A stretch of DNA of 28,992 nucleotides, taken from a bacterium (GTDB lineage Bacteria > Bacteroidota > Ignavibacteria > UBA10030). The position numbers were made by a program, and so were the translations under genes. The stretch covers positions 1 through 28,992 of the forward strand of contig JAZDJN010000105.1 in the NCBI GenBank assembly GCA_043803945.1, in the 5' to 3' direction. The stretch's first letter is position 1, and the number at the start of each line of letters is the position of its first letter. The notes under the pieces were generated by a model. That model made no database searches. It had not been told where the DNA came from and saw only the letters and a program-made list of their open reading frames with translations. Positions 1 to 10,100 of the stretch are shown here, piece by piece.

Positions 1-138
1 GTCGCAGCCTCCTTACTTTTCTGTCTGATACCATTCGACCTGACTCCTGATTGTGGTCAAATAGTATACTGCCTTTTCAGGCTGCGAGGTGGGTAATTCT
101 AATTGTCGCCAAGGAGTATCTCTAAATGTCGTCAATCA
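1..138 (-). mobile_element. Probable left end of an IS21-family insertion sequence; transposase would start just outside the window
   Basis: Minus strand from 138 reads TGA-TTGACGACATTTAGAGATAC-TCC-TTGGCGACAATTAGAATTAC: a terminal TG and two 20-bp direct repeats (116-135 and 93-112, 16/20 identical, 23-bp period), typical of IS21 multi-repeat ends. An AAGGAGG Shine-Dalgarno lies near position 1 pointing out of the window. DUF362-like coding sequence resumes in frame at 139. Confidence 0.65.
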
Positions 139-1503
139 GTCAATTATGTACCAGGACAAAAGATCTTTATCAAGATAAACGCCACAAGTAGTTGGAGTGG
201 AAATTTCAATACCTCCGATTTATCGAAAGTCGCTAATGGCTCTTATGGTATCTCAGAAACATCTCCTGCAATGGTCCTCGCAGTTCTGCGCCAACTCGTC
301 AATGTAGTCCATGTTGCACAAGGCGATATTTACATTGGTGATCCGATGAAGCACATCTATAAGCACTGTTATGATCTATGGCATGCAGAATTTCCCAATG
401 TCCACTACCTTGACAATACCTATTCGACATTAGGAAGAGAGAAGGTAACAGCAAGTACTTCCGCAAAAATTTATTATAGTGACCACGGTTCCGTCTTACG
501 TGCAAATGTTTGGGATCCCTCAAGACCAGGTACAGGACCCGTCTATAATGATAACCTGTATTCTGTTCTTGAAGATGCAGAATATATGATCAACATCCCC
601 ATGCTTAAGGGACATAAGCGCGCTGGTACAACAATGTTTGCAAAAAATCATTTTGGTACACATACTCGAAATGATGCTTCTCATCTCCATAATGGATTGA
701 TAGCACCAATGGAAATGGAAAAAGGGATAACACGACCCGGATATGGTTTATATCGAGTTCAAGTTGATCTGATGATGCACTCCATGCTTGGTAAAAAGAA
801 TCTTCTCTATTTGATGGATGCCTTATGGTCGACAGATTATGAACTTGACATCCCTCTCAAATGGAAGATGTCGCCATTCAACAATGATTGGTCATCATCT
901 CTGTTCGTCTCGTTCGATAATGTTGCTATTGAATCAGTCGGTTACGACTTTCTACGCTCGGAATATACAATCGCTCGCGGTGCAGGCACCTATGTGCAAA
1001 TGGAAGGGGTCGACGACTACCTTCATCAGGCTGCAGATTCATCATACTGGCCAAAGGGTATCAAGTATGATCCAGATAGTATCGGTGTCTATGTCTATAG
1101 CCTTGGTGTCCATGAACACTGGAATACTGCAACAGAAAAAAGGTATTCAAAGAATCTTGGAACGGGTACGGGTATTGAATTGATTGCTCTAGGACAAGGT
1201 GCATCAACTGGAATGCCTACTTATGAAAATCGTCCAGCAGAATATTTTATTCTCTCTCAAAATTATCCCAATCCATTCAATCCACAGACAATGATCAAAT
1301 TTTCTGTGCCGGTCGCAAGCTTTGTGACACTTCGAGTTTATAATATGATGGGGCAGGAAATCGTAACTCTTGTACAGGGTGAAGTTCCGGCTGGTGAACA
1401 TCAAATTCAATGGACAGCAAAGAATCTTCCAACAGGAATGTATTTCTATACAATGGATGCGGGCAATATCTCCGAGACAAAAAAGTTGATCTATCTCAAA
1501 TAG
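139..1503 (+). pseudogene. 3' remnant of a DUF362-domain protein with a T9SS C-terminal sorting domain, interrupted by the IS
   Basis: PGQKIFIKIN and INIPMLKGHKRAGTTMFAKNHFG match DUF362 motifs; the C-terminus SQNYPNPFNP...GMYFY...TKKLIYLK is a T9SS type-A CTD. There is no signal peptide, and the first 12 codons of ORF 103..1503 (TTG start) fall inside the IS end. Confidence 0.7.
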
Positions 1504-1553
1504 CAACGGGCCACACATGATTTCTGTTTTTAATAGCCCTTGATAAAATATTT

Positions 1554-1665
1554 GCCACTAAGACTCTAAGACACGAAGGATGATAAGTTATTTTTTTAAT
1601 TTATGAACCTCTTGGTGACTTCTGCGCCAAAGGCGTATGAGCCTCCGGCTCAGTGCCTTTGTGGC
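1554..1665. repeat. GCCAC...GTGGC palindromic element with 8-bp periodic arms and a 30-bp double-hairpin insert in the right arm
   Basis: Left arm 1554-1578 is GCCACTAAGACTCTAAGACACGAAG. The right arm 1611-1665, after removing 1622-1651, is CTTGGTGACTTAGTGCCTTTGTGGC, a 20/25 match to the reverse complement. Confidence 0.75.
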
Positions 1666-1733
1666 TATCCTTTTTCAGCGAGGACGAAATAGACAAGTGC
1701 CGCAAAGATCATCACACCATGGAGAATGAAGAG

Positions 1734-2703
1734 ATGGAATACAAGCCGCTCGGACGCACAGGATGGAATATTTCTGCCATCAGTTTCGGCGCATGGGCTA
1801 TTGGTGGAACATGGGGACCTGTGGATGACAGCGAATCCATGGCTGCATTGCATCGGGCTGTCGATCTTGGAGTCAATTTCTTTGACACGGCTGATGTCTA
1901 TGGTGACGGCCATAGCGAACGATTGTTGGCGCAGTTACGCGAAGAACGAACAGAAACATTTTACATAGCAACAAAAGCAGGAAGGCGGCTGCAACCGCAC
2001 ATACCGGAAGAATCTTACCGCCTTCGTTGAACGAAGCCTCAGCAATCTTCGCATGGATGCATTGGATTAAATCCAGCTCCATTGCCCACCGACACAAGTC
2101 TACTACATGCCGGAAGTATTTGCTATCCTTGACGACCTGGTCAGCGCAGGAAAAATCCGCTTCTATGGTATCAGTGTGGAAAAGGTTGAAGAAGCGTTAA
2201 AAGGTATTGAGTACTCAAACGTTCAAAGCGTACAAATAATTTTTAACATGTTCAGGCACCGGCCGGCGGAACTTTTTTTTGATCAGGCAAAGAGACGAAA
2301 CGTGGGGATACTGGCGCGTGTTCCACTCGCTTCTGGATTACTGACAGGAAAACTCACGCCTCAATCCCGCTTTGATACCGAAGATCACCGTCAATTTAAC
2401 CGGCATGGAGAAGCATTCGATCGCGGTGAGACATTTTCAGGGATAGACTATTCAATCGGATTGAAAGCTGTCGAAGAGTTGATGAAGATCTGTCCCAGGG
2501 AATTATCACTTGCACAATTTGCCTTGCGATGGATTCTTATGTTTGACGCCGTAACATGTGCCATCCCGGGAGCTAAACGAACAAGCCAAGTCGAAGAAAA
2601 TCTCCATGCTGTTGCTTTTTCCCCATTCACAAAAGAAACCATGGACGCCGTCCAGATAGTTTACCACGACAATATTCGACCAGCCATCCACCACTTGTGG
2701 TAA
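1734..2703 (+). pseudogene. Aldo/keto reductase pseudogene (frameshift plus nonsense codon)
   Basis: AKR motifs LGRTG...GAWAIGG, NFFDTADVYGDGHSE, IATKAG, QLHCP, VPLASGLLTGK, AIPGAK. The frame shifts near 2003-2005 (PHI / RKNLTAFVERSL), and an in-frame TAA sits at 2068-2070 (DALD*IQLH). GGAG precedes ATG 1734. Confidence 0.88.
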
Positions 2704-2721
2704 TCAGAGAGCTTCAGCCGT

Positions 2722-2820
2722 CAGGAAAGCTGTCGAAGATCCTCAATTTATGATGAGAAAAAGCCCTGATATAGTGGATTCATTGAGGAATATGGGAAAA
2801 CTTCAGGTTCAGCTTTCCTG
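2722..2820. repeat. Nested inverted-repeat element of about 100 bp (MITE-like or structured RNA)
   Basis: Perfect 11-bp IR CAGGAAAGCTG (2722-2732) / CAGCTTTCCTG (2810-2820) encloses an 8-bp IR TCCTCAAT (2740-2747) / ATTGAGGA (2782-2789). Confidence 0.5.
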
Positions 2821-2893
2821 TTCGCATTATTCACTTTTATAGACCCGTATTTCCTCGAAATTACCCATCAGCAGAAAAAATAATATTTTTCTC

Positions 2894-2922
2894 TTGCCTT
2901 TTTGAAACTACATCTCTAATAT
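2894..2922 (+). promoter_or_regulatory. Putative sigma70-type promoter for the GH3-MFS-TBDT operon
   Basis: TTGCCT (2894-2899), 17-bp spacer, TAATAT (2917-2922), with an AT-rich upstream tract. Confidence 0.6.
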
Positions 2923-2936
2923 TGAAACGGTTCAAT
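2921..2936. promoter_or_regulatory. Candidate LacI/GalR-family operator
   Basis: Near-perfect palindrome ATTGAAA-CG-GTTCAAT with the AANCGNTT core, overlapping the -10 box and the predicted start site. Confidence 0.65.
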
Positions 2937-3192
2937 GATTATTTAACCCATTAAAAATATACAACGCTGTTGCTTCTGTAAATATGCAATCCGAGGATGT
3001 TCCTAACTGATACTATGAGACTGAACCAAGATGATTGATATACCTCGCACTGGGATGAATGAAAAGATCAATCCTCCGTGTTTCATCATCAGGTGACTCC
3101 TACACCAATTGGTCAGGCTAACTGAAGAGACTGGATGACAATCCGATTCTCATTTTCTTCAAAACCAACGACATCACTCATGGAAACTGAAC

Positions 3193-5511
3193 ATGCTTGA
3201 CAAACCCTCACACAGTGAACTAGTTGAACAAGTTGAGTTACTAGACTACAAGAATCCAAAACTCCCCATTGAAGATCGCGTTACCGATTTATTGAACCGC
3301 ATGACAATCGAAGAAAAAGTTGCTCAGATGATCTGCATCTGGGGCCAAAAGAAGACAATGTTTTTCGATGGAGAAGGAAATCTTGATCTCAAAAATATCG
3401 AAACACATCTCAGACATGGTGTCGGTCAAATAGCGAGATTAAGCGATACTGCCGGAGGTTTGAATGCACGTGAGATGGCAGAATTAGCAAATACGCTACA
3501 AAAATATTTTATCGAAAACACTCGCCTTGGTATTCCGGTAATTTTTCACGAAGAATGTCTGCACGGACTTGCTGCCAAAGATGCCACGAGTTACCCGCAA
3601 CCCATCGGCCTGGCATCATCCTTTAATCCGGTATTGGTGGAAGAAATCTATACGGCAATAGCGGAAGACACAAGAAGCCGGGGAGCTCATCAGGCATTGA
3701 CACCAGTTGTAGATGTTGCACGCGAACCACGGTGGGGTCGAGTTGAAGAAACCTTTGGAGAAGATCCCTATCTCGTCACCCAGATGGGAATCGCCTCGGT
3801 GAATGGTTTTCAGGGTGACGGTACGTTTAAGGAGAAGAATCGTGTCATCGCCACTCTCAAACACTTTGCCGCCCATGGGCAGCCGGAATCCGGCACGAAC
3901 TGTGCTCCTGTGAATGTTTCTGAGCGGCTCTTGCGCGATACATTTCTTCATCCGTTCAAAGAAGTCCTCAAAAAAAGCAACGCACTCAGTGTAATGCCCT
4001 CGTACAATGAAATTGATGGCGTTCCTTCTCACGCTAACACCTGGCTGCTGCGAGACGTCCTGCGCAATGAATGGGGGTTTGAGGGCATTATTGTTTCCGA
4101 TTACTATGCAATTACCGAGTTACATAAAAGAGATGAAGCAAGCAGTCACTCCGTTGCAAAAGATAAGAGCGACGCTGCACTACAAGCGGTGAAGGCGGGC
4201 GTCAATATTGAATTTCCCGATCCAGATTGTTATCCCTATTTAATTCAACACGTTCAGGATGGAACTGTAGACGTCGCCGAAATCGATGAATTAGTTGCTG
4301 CGCTGTTGAAGTATAAATTCCAACTCGGCCTGTTCGACGATCCATTCGTTGACCCGGAATTAACGCAAAATGAGCTTGGGCTTGAACGAGAACGTGAACT
4401 CGCCTTGCGTGCAGCGCATGAAACTATTACCCTTCTAAAAAATGATGGAGGGTTATTGCCTCTCAATTTGCAGCAGTACCATACGCTTGCAGTGATTGGG
4501 CCAAACGCGGATCGTAGATTATTGGGAGGATACAGCGGTAAACCAAAATATTACACCTCGGTATTACAGGGCATTCGAGATAAAGTTGGAAGTAACGCTA
4601 ATGTCCTTTACAGTGAGGGCTGCAAGATTACTATTGGAGGATCCTGGGATGAAGATCGTGTGGCCTTTCCGGATCCTGAAGAAAATCAAACTCTCATTCG
4701 AGAAGCAGCGGCAACAGCTCAAAAATCAGATCTCATCATCCTTGTGCTGGGTGGTAATGAACAGACTTCAAGAGAAGCCTGGAGCAGGATTCACTTGGGC
4801 GATCGAGCCAGCTTAGATCTCATCGGAATGCAGCTTGACCTTGTGAAAGCCGTTCGAGAGACCGGTAAGCCAATTGTTGTTTTACTGTTCAATGGCCGGC
4901 CAAATTCCATAGCGTACCTGGATGCTCACATCCCTGCCATTCTTGAATGCTGGTACTCAGGCCAGGAAACCGGTCGTGCTGTGGCTGATGTCCTTGTGGG
5001 TGACTATAATCCAAGTGGTAAATTACCAATTTCCATCCCCCGCTCCGTAGGACACATTCCGAGCTTCTATAACTATAAGCCATCTGCACGTCGCGGTTAT
5101 CTCGGTGATGATATTCGACCGCTCTACCCCTTCGGCTACGGATTAAGTTATACCTCGTTCACCTTTAGCAATATCAGACTTGAAAAATCGACGATTGGGC
5201 TTGACGATTCAACAACAGTATATATCGATGTAAAAAATTCAGGCATGTGCACCGGAGAAGAGGTTGTCCAAATGTATATTCACGATCTGGTAGGTTCAGT
5301 GACACGCCCTGTGAAAGAACTCAAGGGATTCAAGAAAATCACTTTGGATCCAGGAAAATCAACAACGGTTACCTTTCCCATTTCACCGGAACACCTATCG
5401 TTCACGAATATCGACATGGAGTACACTGTCGAAGCTGGGGAGTTTGAAATTATGGTAGGCAACTCATCACGAAGTGAGGATTTGTTGACAACGATACTCA
5501 ACGTCATATGA
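3193..5511 (+). CDS. Glycoside hydrolase family 3 (beta-xylosidase/beta-glucosidase), probably cytoplasmic
   Basis: HEECLHG, REPRWGRVEETFGEDP, TLKHF, SDY nucleophile motif, PLYPFGYGLSYT and an Fn3-like tail (RPVKELKGF); no signal peptide. Confidence 0.95.
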   Translation: MLDKPSHSELVEQVELLDYKNPKLPIEDRVTDLLNRMTIEEKVAQMICIWGQKKTMFFDGEGNLDLKNIETHLRHGVGQIARLSDTAGGLNAREMAELANTLQKYFIENTRLGIPVIFHEECLHGLAAKDATSYPQPIGLASSFNPVLVEEIYTAIAEDTRSRGAHQALTPVVDVAREPRWGRVEETFGEDPYLVTQMGIASVNGFQGDGTFKEKNRVIATLKHFAAHGQPESGTNCAPVNVSERLLRDTFLHPFKEVLKKSNALSVMPSYNEIDGVPSHANTWLLRDVLRNEWGFEGIIVSDYYAITELHKRDEASSHSVAKDKSDAALQAVKAGVNIEFPDPDCYPYLIQHVQDGTVDVAEIDELVAALLKYKFQLGLFDDPFVDPELTQNELGLERERELALRAAHETITLLKNDGGLLPLNLQQYHTLAVIGPNADRRLLGGYSGKPKYYTSVLQGIRDKVGSNANVLYSEGCKITIGGSWDEDRVAFPDPEENQTLIREAAATAQKSDLIILVLGGNEQTSREAWSRIHLGDRASLDLIGMQLDLVKAVRETGKPIVVLLFNGRPNSIAYLDAHIPAILECWYSGQETGRAVADVLVGDYNPSGKLPISIPRSVGHIPSFYNYKPSARRGYLGDDIRPLYPFGYGLSYTSFTFSNIRLEKSTIGLDDSTTVYIDVKNSGMCTGEEVVQMYIHDLVGSVTRPVKELKGFKKITLDPGKSTTVTFPISPEHLSFTNIDMEYTVEAGEFEIMVGNSSRSEDLLTTILNVI

Positions 5512-5525
5512 GAATTGAAAATAAC

Positions 5526-5619
5526 GCCACTGAGATACAGAGATCACAGAGGCTAACAAATGTTTAATTATCCTAATATTTACAAAAGATCATCTCTGTG
5601 TTCTCGGTGACTCTGTGGC
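5526..5619. repeat. GCCAC...GTGGC palindromic element with CACAGAG-type periodic arms
   Basis: GCCACTGAGATACAGAGATCACAGAG (5526-5551) and CTCTGTGTTCTCGGTGACTCTGTGGC (5594-5619) are 21/26 complementary around an AT-rich spacer. Confidence 0.8.
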
Positions 5620-5634
5620 AAAGTCACATATCAA

Positions 5635-7020
5635 ATGTTTAACGTACACCAGAGGACTATGACTGAAAAACTGGCAGTAAAAGAAAAAATCGGGTACGCA
5701 CTGGGCGATACCGCTGCAAACTTCATCTTCCAAACAATGGTGATGTTCCAGCTCGCCTTCTACACCGATACATTCGGCATTACGGCGGCAGCGGCGGGAA
5801 CATTATTAGTCGTTGTGCGCGTCTGGGACGCAATCTTCGATCCGATTATGGGCATCGTTGCAGACCGGACAAAGACCAAGTGGGGTAAGTTTCGCCCCTG
5901 GATTCTTTGGACTGCCGTGCCATTTGGCATCATGGGATTTCTGACATTCGTTACTCCCGATTTCACAGAAAGCGGAAAACTGATTTACGCCTACATCACC
6001 TATATCGTGCTGATGATGGTTTATTCAGCCAACAACCTTCCCTACTCGGCATTGAGCGGAGTGATGACAGGAGATTTAGGAGAACGGACAAGCCTCTCCT
6101 CGTACCGGTTCGTTTTTGCGATGCTCGCACAGCTCATCATCCAGGGTTTAGCGCTGCCGATGGTGAGTTACTTTGGGCAAGGCAACAGCTCCCAGGGGTA
6201 CCAGTACACGATGGCAATCTTTTCCACACTCGCAGTACTCCTCTTCTTCATCACCTTTTCAACCACAAAAGAACGCATCCAACCCGATCCTGCACAGAAA
6301 GCGACATTAAAGGAACATTTCGGCGATCTGTTGAAAAATGGTCCATGGATTGCTATGTTTGTATTGACCCTTATTCTCTTTATCACGCTGGCGATGCGCG
6401 GCAGCGTTGTCTTCTACTACTTCCGATATTTTATGAATGCTGAGAATTACGAGAGCCTCTTCAGCCTCTTCAACGTGCTGGGAACGACTTCCACAATTAT
6501 CGGCATCTTCTTCTCAAAAGGACTCGCAATGAAGTTCGGCAAGCGGAATGTCTTTGTCGGAGGTCTTACAGGCACGACAATATTCACAGCGTTATTCGTC
6601 TTTTTACCGCCGACAGCGGTTGAGATGATTTTCGCAACTGAGATGCTCCGTCAGTTTGTCTACGGATTTACCATACCGTTATTGTGGGCGATGATGGCAG
6701 ACGTTGCAGATTATTCGGAATGGAAAAACAAGCGCCGTGCGACTGGAATTATTTTCTCTGCAATCGTTTTTGCATTGAAAGCAGGCCTGGGATTTGGCGG
6801 AGTGATCACCGGTTATGTCCTCACGCTCTATGGTTATGTTCCCAATGCAGTGCAAACCGAAACCGCACTGCATGGGATCGTAATGACGATGAGCATTTTT
6901 CCGGCAATCACGTTTGGGTTATGCGTGGTCTGCCTCTTCTTCTACAGTATCAACAAACAGACTGAGATTCAGATTACGGATGAGCTGACAGAGCGTCGAA
7001 AAAGTTTTCAGCCCAGTTAA
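5635..7020 (+). CDS. MFS glycoside-pentoside-hexuronide (GPH) cation symporter, XynT/MelB-like; start may be ATG 5659
   Basis: KEKIGYALGD, WDAIFDPIMGIVADRTKTKWGKFRPW, PYSAL, ERTSLSSYRF, MADVADYSEW; about 12 hydrophobic segments. Confidence 0.93.
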   Translation: MFNVHQRTMTEKLAVKEKIGYALGDTAANFIFQTMVMFQLAFYTDTFGITAAAAGTLLVVVRVWDAIFDPIMGIVADRTKTKWGKFRPWILWTAVPFGIMGFLTFVTPDFTESGKLIYAYITYIVLMMVYSANNLPYSALSGVMTGDLGERTSLSSYRFVFAMLAQLIIQGLALPMVSYFGQGNSSQGYQYTMAIFSTLAVLLFFITFSTTKERIQPDPAQKATLKEHFGDLLKNGPWIAMFVLTLILFITLAMRGSVVFYYFRYFMNAENYESLFSLFNVLGTTSTIIGIFFSKGLAMKFGKRNVFVGGLTGTTIFTALFVFLPPTAVEMIFATEMLRQFVYGFTIPLLWAMMADVADYSEWKNKRRATGIIFSAIVFALKAGLGFGGVITGYVLTLYGYVPNAVQTETALHGIVMTMSIFPAITFGLCVVCLFFYSINKQTEIQITDELTERRKSFQPS

Positions 7021-7023
7021 CGT

Positions 7024-7042
7024 ACGACGAACCGGTTGTCGT
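7024..7042. promoter_or_regulatory. Palindrome upstream of the TBDT gene (possible second LacI-type site or small hairpin)
   Basis: ACGAC-G-AACCGGTT-GTCGT contains the AANCGNTT core. Confidence 0.3.
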
Positions 7043-7103
7043 CAATCCTGTTCGAAAGGTGTGCACACTTGAAGACCGAGAATCAACATAAGGAAATTCT
7101 TCT

Positions 7104-10100
7104 ATGAAAAACTCTCTTGCACGTATTGAATCAGCGATGTGGTCGTTCATTATTCACACTGGCTGTCGTTTCAGTGGGAGAACACTCCTACTCGGGGGAT
7201 TTGTGTTCACCGTTATGACTCAGTCGCTGCTGGCAAGCGGCACGATCAAAGGAAAGGTGATCGACAAAGACACCAAGGAGGGGCTGCCCGGTGCCTATGT
7301 TATTATTAAAAACACCAGTGTTGGCACCGCAGCGGATCTTGATGGAAACTACAGCATCCCGAATGCACCGGCAGGCCAACAGACCATTGTGGTATCGTAT
7401 GTCGGTTATCGGTCTAACACCGTTATGGTGAACGTTCCCGATGGCGGCACGCTGCAGCAAAATTTTTCGCTTCAAGCTGTTGCCATAGAAGGAGCAGAGG
7501 TCATCATTACTGCACAAGCTCTTGGGCAGGCGCAGGCAATCAACCAGCAGCTTTCATCGAACAAAATCGCCAACATCGTTTCTGAAGCAAGAATTCAGCA
7601 ACTACCGGACTTCAACGCGGCAGCAGCCATCAGCCGGTTGCCGGGTGTCTCGACACTTCAGAGTTCAGGAGAAGCAAATAAAGTTGTTATACGAGGTTTA
7701 GCTCCCAAATACAATCAAATTACTATTGGGGGAGTTTCGCTTGCATCTACCGGAAGCACTCAGATCGGGGTGACCTCCCAAGGTGGGACTGCTGGATCAA
7801 TAAGTAATGACAGAAGTGTAGATCTCTCTATGATGTCTCCTTATATGATAAAATCTATATCTGTCTTTAAATCTTTAACACCGGATATGAATGCTAATTC
7901 TATAGGTGGCACCGTCAATATGGAATTAAGAGAAGCCCCGTCAGAATTACATTCTGACCTCCTCTTCCAATCAGGCTATACTCAGAAGAGCAGCCAATAT
8001 GGGAATTATAGAGCCGTTGCATCTGTAAGCACGCGTTTCTTAGATGACCAACTCGGTATTTATCTTCTCGGAAATATTGAACAGTATGACCGAGATGCTG
8101 ATAACATGAATGCCGGTTATGAAATTACCTCCGATAAGCCCGGTGACAATGGGTACCTTCCTGTAAGGGTTACCAATGTGCAGCTTAACCGCCATTTTGA
8201 AACCAGGAAACGGTTTGGTGGAAATCTGGTTCTTGATTATCGTTTGCCCTCAGGTTCCTTGAAGCTCGTTAATATGTTTAGCCGCTTGAATTCTGATTAT
8301 AAGGAATATAGAACAATATACAATTATGCTTCGCTGACATCGGACTTACTTTTCAGGTATCAACAGGGAGAAAATAATGTCGATTTAGCGATGAATTCAT
8401 TGGTCTTTACGTACGATCTTGGGTTGATGACTGTTGACCTTGTGGCTGCAAATAGTTATTCAAGGAATAATTTGCCTTCCGCACCGCAATCTGAGTTTTA
8501 CCAGACCAGGGGTGTTGGGTCTTCAACACCCAATACAATTCCTGAGGATCTATCGTACCTTACCAGCTATGGAGGCACAGCTGCTACCTATCTAAACACT
8601 CTGACTCGTTTTAGTTCAGATTACAAAGAAAACGGGCAGACATACAAAGGGAATTTCAAAATTCCTTTTAATCTGAGCTCTGATGTTGTTGGTTACATTA
8701 AACTTGGGATGGAAAGCAAAAATATATCACATCAGAATGCTCAAAGTACACCCTATGCAACTATAGGAGGAACGTCCACAGTCCAGACGGCAATTACAAA
8801 TGGGCTTCGTCAAAAATATCCATATTTGATTTTTAATAGCGGCGTAAATCTTTTCCCCTCGACCAGTTTCACTTCTAGTGATAGTAATATTCTCAAAAGT
8901 TTTCTTGACGATCGCTTCGGACACATAATATGGGCTAACGACGCCAGTTTACTCACTGAGATGATTGATTTCATAGCTGGTGATGCTCAATACAGCGCTG
9001 ATAATGCACCAGCATCATCACCTGGCGGATGGTTTAATGGTTATTTTCAGACGCTTCCTAATACGTACAAATACGTTGAACGATATACTGCCGGATATCT
9101 GATGTCTGAGTTGACTTATGGAGATTTAATGGTGGTGGGTGGTATACGTTATGAAAAAGAAAAAGGAACATATGATGCATACGTTTTGATGGATGGGCGT
9201 GATACAAGGAGCCAGAAATTTTTTCCTGTTACTGCCAATCCAACAAATGAATTCTGGCTTCCAATGGTTCAGGCCAAGTATAATGTCGCTGAATGGTTTG
9301 ATATTCGTGCTGCCTATACACAAACGTTAGCCCGTCCGGATTTTCATCAACTCTCACCAAATTATACGATCAGTTATGGACAAGGCACTGTACGGGCAGG
9401 CAATCCCAATCTTAGAACAGCACATGCTTACAATCATGATCTTGTGTTGACCATCCACACTAATGAAATAGGACTTTTCTCAGTAGCCGGGTTTTATAAG
9501 GAAGTAAAAGACTTTGCCTATTCTACACAATATTCGCTTTACACCACTGGACCCGCAGGAATTGCTACCGTTAATGACTTCAATATTGGAGGAACAGCTC
9601 CTGTTAAGGGGGCAACGTTATTCACGTATATGAATACTCCATATATCGCCTATGTAAGGGGTATTGAGCTTGATCTTCAGACAAGATTCTGGTATTTGCC
9701 GGTTCCTCTTAACGGAATACTGCTCGGCATTAATTATACACGGATTTCTTCAAATGCCATCTATCCCTGGAGGAACGCCAGGACAACAATTATTGGTCCT
9801 CGTCAAACGAGCACGGAAGTTTTTGACAGTACACGCACAGGACGTTTGATTAGCCAGCCAAACGATATAGTGAATGCTTATCTCGGTTACGATTATAAAG
9901 ATTTTTCTGCCCGTTTGTCGTTCGTCTTCCAGGGTAACTCAGTTGGTAATATTGGCAATTTTGCTGAACAGGATGGCTTTACCAGAGATTATTTCAGGAT
10001 GGATGCTTCAGCACGACAGATACTTCCATGGTTTGGCATTGAACTCTTCCTGGATGCATCCAATCTGAACAACAGAAATAATGCCTCAGCTCAAAAATCA

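Noticed and set aside
103-138. TTG start and N-terminus MSPRSISKCRQS of the first ORF
   Set aside because: Falls within the IS-like terminal repeats; no RBS or signal peptide although the protein has a T9SS CTD.
1653-1733. GTG-start N-terminal extension of the AKR ORF
   Set aside because: Begins inside a palindromic repeat; AKR similarity and an RBS fit ATG 1734.
1990-2070. Programmed frameshift or stop readthrough in the AKR
   Set aside because: No slippery sequence, residues appear to be missing, and a second independent lesion (TAA) is present.
2940-3192. Riboswitch or leader peptide in the GH3 leader
   Set aside because: Only a modest bulged hairpin near 3053-3090 and tiny ORFs without RBS; no riboswitch consensus recognised.
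1554-5619. Periodic CACNRAG repeats as a CRISPR array
   Set aside because: Units are 7-9 bp in inverted arms with no unique spacers and no cas genes.
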